Shown here piece after piece: positions 26,693 to 32,000 of a stretch of DNA of 32,000 nucleotides. Source of the stretch: Prochlorococcus sp. MIT 0801 (GTDB taxonomy: Bacteria; Cyanobacteriota; Cyanobacteriia; PCC-6307; Cyanobiaceae); NCBI RefSeq assembly GCF_000757865.1, contig NZ_CP007754.1:1620001-1652000 (forward strand), written 5' to 3'. The notes under the pieces are model-generated. The model saw only the letters and a program-made list of their open reading frames with translations. It ran no database searches and was not told the origin of the DNA. Each line of letters begins with the position of its first letter. Positions within the stretch are counted from its first letter, which is position 1. Made by a program: the position numbers and the translations under genes.

Positions 26693-27163
26693 TCAATAGC
26701 GGTAGTGTGCGAAAGCTTTATTTGCTTCGGCCATTTTATGGGTCTCTTCCCTCTTCCTTACTGCATTTCCAGCTTCATTGGCAGCATCCATAAGCTCCCC
26801 TGCAAGTTTTTGAGACATGCTTCGACCATTCCTTGATCTTGAGAAATTTACTAACCATCTAAGTGCCATTGCAATTCCTCTTTCTTGGCGAACCTCCATA
26901 GGAACCTGATATGTTGCTCCACCAACTCTTCTCGCTCTAACTTCAACAAGAGGTGTGACATTCTTCACAGCTGTTTCGAATAATTCAATAGGATCTGAAC
27001 CAGTTCGCTCGTTGATCAAACCAAAGGCATCAGAAAGAATTTTTTGTGCTGTTGATTTCTTACCATGCTTCATCAATCGATGAACCATCATACTCGCTAA
27101 ACGATTATTAAACTGAGGATCAGGCAGAACAGGTCTTTTTTCTGCTGCGTTTCTTCTTGACAT
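26693..27163 (-). CDS. rpsG: 30S ribosomal protein S7
   Basis: Canonical S7: [18 protein letters not shown]...[16 protein letters not shown]. Confidence 0.98.
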   Translation of the reverse strand: MSRRNAAEKRPVLPDPQFNNRLASMMVHRLMKHGKKSTAQKILSDAFGLINERTGSDPIELFETAVKNVTPLVEVRARRVGGATYQVPMEVRQERGIAMALRWLVNFSRSRNGRSMSQKLAGELMDAANEAGNAVRKREETHKMAEANKAFAHYRY

Positions 27164-27211
27164 GAAATTAAATTTGTATAAGGGAAAAATTCAGGGATTC
27201 AAAATAAATTT

Positions 27212-27586
27212 TTAATCTTTAGGAGATTTAGCTCCATATTTTGATCTTGACTGTTTACGGTCTTTAACCCCAGCGGTATCTAGAGTTCCTCTGACTATGT
27301 GATATCTAACTCCTGGAAGATCTTTAACCCTCCCACCTCTCAGCAAAACCACAGAGTGTTCTTGAAGGTTGTGACCAATACCACCAATATATGCAGTAAC
27401 TTCAAAACCTGAAGTTAATCTGACACGAGCTACTTTTCTTAAAGCCGAGTTAGGTTTTTTGGGAGTTGAGGTGTAAACCCTTGTACAGACTCCTCTCCTT
27501 TCTGGACAACCTCGCAAAGCAGGAGACTTTGTCTTTGTTTTTAGAGTCTTTCGCTCTGTTCTTATCAACTGTTGAATTGTTGGCAT
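27212..27586 (-). CDS. rpsL: 30S ribosomal protein S12
   Basis: [13 protein letters not shown]...[16 protein letters not shown] is canonical S12, with the ATG at 27586. The 13-codon upstream extension in the track is not S12-like. Confidence 0.98.
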   Translation of the reverse strand: MPTIQQLIRTERKTLKTKTKSPALRGCPERRGVCTRVYTSTPKKPNSALRKVARVRLTSGFEVTAYIGGIGHNLQEHSVVLLRGGRVKDLPGVRYHIVRGTLDTAGVKDRKQSRSKYGAKSPKD

Positions 27587-27862
27587 TAATTTAATATTTG
27601 GTCTAATTTCGACCAGATTCAACAATGTTCCAGATTACTTGGTCGACCACCCAAATTCATAGTTTTTTTTAATTAAAACTTTATTTTTATTCAGGTTTAA
27701 GCATAACTACAAATAATTTCAAGAAAGTATTGAATAAAAAACTTGTCAGTAGACAAAAATGTTTAAGATGTAACTCTAGTATCTAACAAATTATCCTAAT
27801 CAGCTATTCCAAGCTTATCGATAGCACTTTTGTAAGAAAAGAAAAAATAGTAAGTTAAAAAC

Positions 27863-30800
27863 ATGAATCAACGACCCACAAGATCAAATTGGCCCTACTG
27901 CGATAGCACCTATCCAGATGCCTTTTCTGGGGAAAAAGACTCTTGTGGAGTTGGCTTCATAGCTAGCGTTGAAGGCAAACAAAATCATTGGGTTTTAACT
28001 CAGGCATTACGTGGGCTGAGTTGCATGGAACATAGAGGAGGATGTGGGGGAGATAGCGACTCAGGTGATGGTGCTGGGATTTTATGTGAAATCCCATGGT
28101 CATATTTCAAGCAAGTTTGGGACAAGGCTAAGCATTGCGAACCCCAATCATCAGGGATAGGCATGATGTTTATGCCTAAAGACTTAAAAAATAGAGAAAT
28201 AGCGAAAAAAATATGTGAGCAGGAAGCTGATTCTTTAGGATTCACCTCCAAAGGATGGAGAGATGTTCCTGTTCATGAAGAAGTTTTAGGCAAACTTGCA
28301 AGGGAAAATGAACCTTTTATTACACAATGGATAGTTGATATTAAGGATAAAGAAATCAATCTTGAGGCTTTACTTTTCAGATTGAGGCAAAGGATTTCTA
28401 ATCGAGCAAATATAGAATTAAAGGAAGATGAATTAGGTCTCTATATTTGCTCTTTAAGTAGCAAAACTATTGTTTATAAAGGAATGGTTAGATCTGAAAT
28501 ATTGGCTCCTTTCTATAATGACTTAAAAGACGATAGATTTGAAGTCTCATATGCTGTTTACCATAGAAGATTTAGTACAAATACATTACCTAAATGGCCT
28601 TTAGCTCAACCTATGAGACTTTTAGGTCATAATGGAGAAATAAATACATTACTCGGAAATATAAATTGGGCTAAAGCAACAGAAACAGATATAAGTTCTG
28701 TTTGGAAAGAAAATGCAAATGATCTCAAACCTATAGTCAATAATTTATATAGTGATTCAGCAAATCTTGATTTAAACCTTGAACTATTAGTTCGAAGTGG
28801 AAGGCCAATAACTGATAGTTTGTTAACACTTATTCCCGAAGCTTTTAGAGACCAGCCGGAATTAATCAATAAACCTGAAATAACTGCTTTTTATGAATAT
28901 GCTGCAGGAACCCAAGAACCTTGGGATGGTCCAGCTTTAATAGTCTTTACTGACGGAACAAATATTGGAGCAACTCTTGATAGAAATGGTTTAAGACCAG
29001 CTCGCTATTGCATTACTAAAAATGGATATGTTGTTATGGGATCTGAAACAGGTGTTGTTGAATTAGAAGAAGATGTAATCCAAGAAAAAGGTCGTCTAGG
29101 TCCTGGTCAAATGCTTGCGGTAGATTTAGAAAGCAAGAGAATTTTACGAAACTGGGATGTTAAAGAAGAGTCAGCAAATAGATACCCATATTTAGATTGG
29201 TTAAAAGCAAATCGTATAAACCTTAACAACCAAAGTTGGGAAATAAATAATAAATTTGATAAGCAAAAATTGCTTCAATATCAAATTGCATTTGGCTTTA
29301 GTGCAGAAGATTTTGATTACATAATTAATAGCATGGCAGCAAATGCAAAAGAACCAACTTATTGCATGGGAGATGATATACCACTAGCAATACTTTCTAA
29401 CAAATCACATATTCTTTACGACTATTTCAAACAGAGATTTGCACAAGTTACCAACCCACCAATTGATCCTCTTAGAGAAAAGCTAGTCACTAGCTTAGAG
29501 ATGAATCTAGGGGTCAGGAAAGCGCCCTTAAGACCTAAAGAAGAGTCTGCAAGGCTAATTCATCTTAAATCTCCAATACTTAATGAAAAAGAATTAACTT
29601 CAATAACAAAATCAGAACTTTCATGCAAGCAGATATCGATTTTAATTCCTATTAATGATGATAAAATTAATCTCGAAGAAGGTCTCAAAAATCTATGTAA
29701 AGAAGCAGAAGATAGTGTAATTAATGGTAGAGAGATACTAATACTTTCGGATAGAGATATTAATCGAGAAAACTCTTACATTCCACCTCTTCTTGCGGTT
29801 GGTGCAGTTCATCATCATTTACTTAGAAAAGGGCTAAGACTAAAAACCTCGATAATTATAGATACAGCTCAATGCTGGAGTACTCATCACATTGCCTGTC
29901 TGATTGGATTTGGAGCAAGTGCAATTTGTCCTTGGCTGACATGGGAAACTACTCGCCATTGGTGGCAATTACCTAAAACTCAAAAACTTATTTCCGATGG
30001 GAAGTTATCTAATTTATCTATAGAGATTGCTCAAGATAATGTTAAGAAAGCAATGGAAGATGGATTAAGAAAAATACTTTCGAAGATAGGAATCTCAGTA
30101 TTAGCAAGTTATCACGGAGCACAAATCTTTGAAGCTATAGGTATCGGTGCAGATTTAATTGATTTAGCTTTCAAGGGAACAACAAGTCGTATAGCAGGTC
30201 TAACTCTGAGCGAATTATCAATCGAAACAATTTCATTTCATAAAAAAGCTTTCCCCGAACTGGAGCAAAAAAAACTTGATTTTAATGGATTCGTTCAATA
30301 TCGAAATAGCGGAGAATTTCATTTAAATAATCCAGAAATGTCAAAAATTCTTCATGCTGCAGTGAAAGCTGGGCCTGAATATGACCACTTCAAAACTTAT
30401 CAACAACTTCTAGAAAATCGTCCCGCTACTACCCTCAGAGATCTCCTTACATTCAAAACAGCTACCCAGCCTTTACCTCTTGATCAAATAGAGAGTGTTG
30501 AGAGTATTTGTCAAAGATTTTGCACCGGTGGAATGAGCCTAGGTGCCCTATCTAGGGAAGCGCATGAAGTTCTTGCAATAGCAATGAATAGGATTGGAGG
30601 CAAAAGTAATAGTGGTGAAGGAGGTGAGGATCCTGCAAGATACAATATCCTCGAGGATGTTGATGAAAATAATCAATCAAAAACATTGCCTAATCTCAAA
30701 GGACTTTTAAATGGAGATACAGCATGTTCTGCAATTAAACAAATTGCCTCTGGCCGATTTGGTGTAACCCCTGAATATTTAACTAGCGGCAAGCAATTAG

Positions 30801-32000
30801 AAATCAAAGTAGCTCAAGGTGCAAAGCCTGGAGAAGGAGGACAATTACCTGGGCCAAAGGTTGATGAATACATAGCAAGGCTTCGTAATAGCAAGCCAGG
30901 AGTAGCTCTTATTTCTCCTCCTCCTCATCATGATATCTATTCCATAGAGGATCTTGCCCAACTTATTCATGACCTACATCAAATAAATCCAACTGCAAAA
31001 GTTAGTGTGAAATTAGTTGCTGAGATAGGGATTGGCACAATTGCAGGAGGAGTAGCTAAAGCCAATGCTGATGTCATCCAAATCTCAGGACATGATGGCG
31101 GTACGGGCGCATCTCCACTTAGTTCAATCAAACATGCTGGTTTGCCATGGGAACTTGGATTAACGGAAGTTCATCGCTCTTTATTAGAAAATGGTCTTCG
31201 CGAAAGGGTTTTATTAAGAGCAGATGGAGGTCTAAAGACAGGCTGGGATGTGGTCATAGCAGCTTTACTTGGAGCAGAAGAATATGGCTTTGGAACAGTC
31301 GCAATGATTGCAGAAGGTTGCATAATGGCGAGGATTTGCCACACAAACAAATGTCCAGTCGGTGTAGCAACTCAGCAAGAAGGCTTAAGAAAAAGATTCC
31401 CTGGATTACCAGAACATGTCGTTAACTTTTTCATCTTCGTAGCTGAGGAAGTCAGACAATTGATGAGTCAAGTTGGAGTAGCAAAAGTCGAGGATCTAAT
31501 TGGAAGAACAGATCTATTAATTCCACGGAATATAGACTTAACAAAAACAAAAGAAGTTGACCTATCTAGCCTTCTCAAACCTATAGATAACCCAGCAGAT
31601 CGTTCATGGTTAAGCCACGAAATTAGAGCTCATAGCAATGGAGAAGTTCTTGAAAATGCCTTACTGAAAGTTGAAGAAATTTCTAATGCAATTCAAACTC
31701 AGGGAAGTATCACTAAAGAAATTCCTATTGTTAATACAGATAGAAGTGTTTGTGCACGAATCTCTGGAGAGATAGCTAAAAAATATGGAAATAAAGGTTT
31801 TAATGGGAATTTAAATTTGATATTTAAAGGTTCAGCCGGCCAAAGTTTTGGTGCATTTATATTAAAAGGAATGAATATATCTTTAATAGGAGAAGCTAAT
31901 GATTATGTAGGAAAAGGAATTAACGGAGGTTCCATTACGATTGTTCCCAAAATTATTAATGACACATCTAACACTCAGGTAATACTTGGTAACACATGTC
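27863..32000 (+). CDS. glsF: Ferredoxin-dependent glutamate synthase (Fd-GOGAT), 5' portion; continues beyond the window
   Basis: An open-ended frame, absent from the ORF track. The ATG at 27863 gives MNQRPTRSNWPYCDSTYPDAFSGEKDSCGVGFIAS, the Ntn-amidotransferase Cys motif. Further downstream I read CTGGMSLGALSREAHE, LISPPPHHDIYSIEDL and SGHDGGTGASP, the FMN/synthase-domain motifs. Track ORFs 28000..28251(-), 28627..28869(-) and 31147..31425(+) fall inside it and are spurious. Confidence 0.93.
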   Translation, partial: MNQRPTRSNWPYCDSTYPDAFSGEKDSCGVGFIASVEGKQNHWVLTQALRGLSCMEHRGGCGGDSDSGDGAGILCEIPWSYFKQVWDKAKHCEPQSSGIGMMFMPKDLKNREIAKKICEQEADSLGFTSKGWRDVPVHEEVLGKLARENEPFITQWIVDIKDKEINLEALLFRLRQRISNRANIELKEDELGLYICSLSSKTIVYKGMVRSEILAPFYNDLKDDRFEVSYAVYHRRFSTNTLPKWPLAQPMRLLGHNGEINTLLGNINWAKATETDISSVWKENANDLKPIVNNLYSDSANLDLNLELLVRSGRPITDSLLTLIPEAFRDQPELINKPEITAFYEYAAGTQEPWDGPALIVFTDGTNIGATLDRNGLRPARYCITKNGYVVMGSETGVVELEEDVIQEKGRLGPGQMLAVDLESKRILRNWDVKEESANRYPYLDWLKANRINLNNQSWEINNKFDKQKLLQYQIAFGFSAEDFDYIINSMAANAKEPTYCMGDDIPLAILSNKSHILYDYFKQRFAQVTNPPIDPLREKLVTSLEMNLGVRKAPLRPKEESARLIHLKSPILNEKELTSITKSELSCKQISILIPINDDKINLEEGLKNLCKEAEDSVINGREILILSDRDINRENSYIPPLLAVGAVHHHLLRKGLRLKTSIIIDTAQCWSTHHIACLIGFGASAICPWLTWETTRHWWQLPKTQKLISDGKLSNLSIEIAQDNVKKAMEDGLRKILSKIGISVLASYHGAQIFEAIGIGADLIDLAFKGTTSRIAGLTLSELSIETISFHKKAFPELEQKKLDFNGFVQYRNSGEFHLNNPEMSKILHAAVKAGPEYDHFKTYQQLLENRPATTLRDLLTFKTATQPLPLDQIESVESICQRFCTGGMSLGALSREAHEVLAIAMNRIGGKSNSGEGGEDPARYNILEDVDENNQSKTLPNLKGLLNGDTACSAIKQIASGRFGVTPEYLTSGKQLEIKVAQGAKPGEGGQLPGPKVDEYIARLRNSKPGVALISPPPHHDIYSIEDLAQLIHDLHQINPTAKVSVKLVAEIGIGTIAGGVAKANADVIQISGHDGGTGASPLSSIKHAGLPWELGLTEVHRSLLENGLRERVLLRADGGLKTGWDVVIAALLGAEEYGFGTVAMIAEGCIMARICHTNKCPVGVATQQEGLRKRFPGLPEHVVNFFIFVAEEVRQLMSQVGVAKVEDLIGRTDLLIPRNIDLTKTKEVDLSSLLKPIDNPADRSWLSHEIRAHSNGEVLENALLKVEEISNAIQTQGSITKEIPIVNTDRSVCARISGEIAKKYGNKGFNGNLNLIFKGSAGQSFGAFILKGMNISLIGEANDYVGKGINGGSITIVPKIINDTSNTQVILGNTC

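Noticed and set aside
27626-27862. NtcA box or riboswitch upstream of the glutamate synthase gene
   Set aside because: I scanned every GTA in the spacer and none has TAC 8 nt downstream. I saw no conserved riboswitch-like core.

Overview
AT-rich, tightly packed cyanobacterial chromosome, most consistent with a marine picocyanobacterium (Prochlorococcus-like). All family assignments come from reading the translations and recalling motifs; no searches were run. Supporting markers are DapL, an rne-rnhB pair with an Arg-rich RNase E C-terminus, DUF1830/DUF1997-type small proteins, Fd-GOGAT, and NtcA-type GTA-N8-TAC boxes.

Layout:
- 1-8148: complete urea-utilisation cluster. urtC'(partial)-urtB-urtA and ureG-ureF-ureE lie on the minus strand, divergent from ureD-ureA-ureB-ureC on the plus strand.
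- 8149-11082: a less conserved, very AT-rich stretch. It holds a DUF1830-like small gene, a 59-aa ORF missing from the track, two perfect NtcA consensus boxes, a strongly acidic SLH-less beta-barrel outer-membrane protein, two bidirectional terminators, two tiny doubtful ORFs and a 90-aa membrane protein.
- 11083-22768: housekeeping genes. These are an RRM RNA-binding protein, rpsU, an AbrB-family membrane protein, a B12-domain radical SAM enzyme, a CPBP protease, clpS, dapL, rne, rnhB, DUF1997, pheA, a quinol methyltransferase and a Lon-N-domain protein.
- 22829-27586: rpsL-rpsG-fusA-tuf-rpsJ on the minus strand.
- 27863 to window end: 5' part of ferredoxin-glutamate synthase, an open-ended frame absent from the ORF track.

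I found no tRNA, rRNA, CRISPR array, transposase, integrase or phage gene. I see no clear-cut new multi-gene system.

Most noteworthy items:
- the NtcA-box / small-ORF / acidic beta-barrel module next to the urease genes, a candidate N-regulated outer-membrane uptake component;
- a perfect 26-bp inverted repeat spanning the ureG stop codon, upstream of urtA;
- an RNase E whose Zn-link CPxCxGxG cysteines are both serine.
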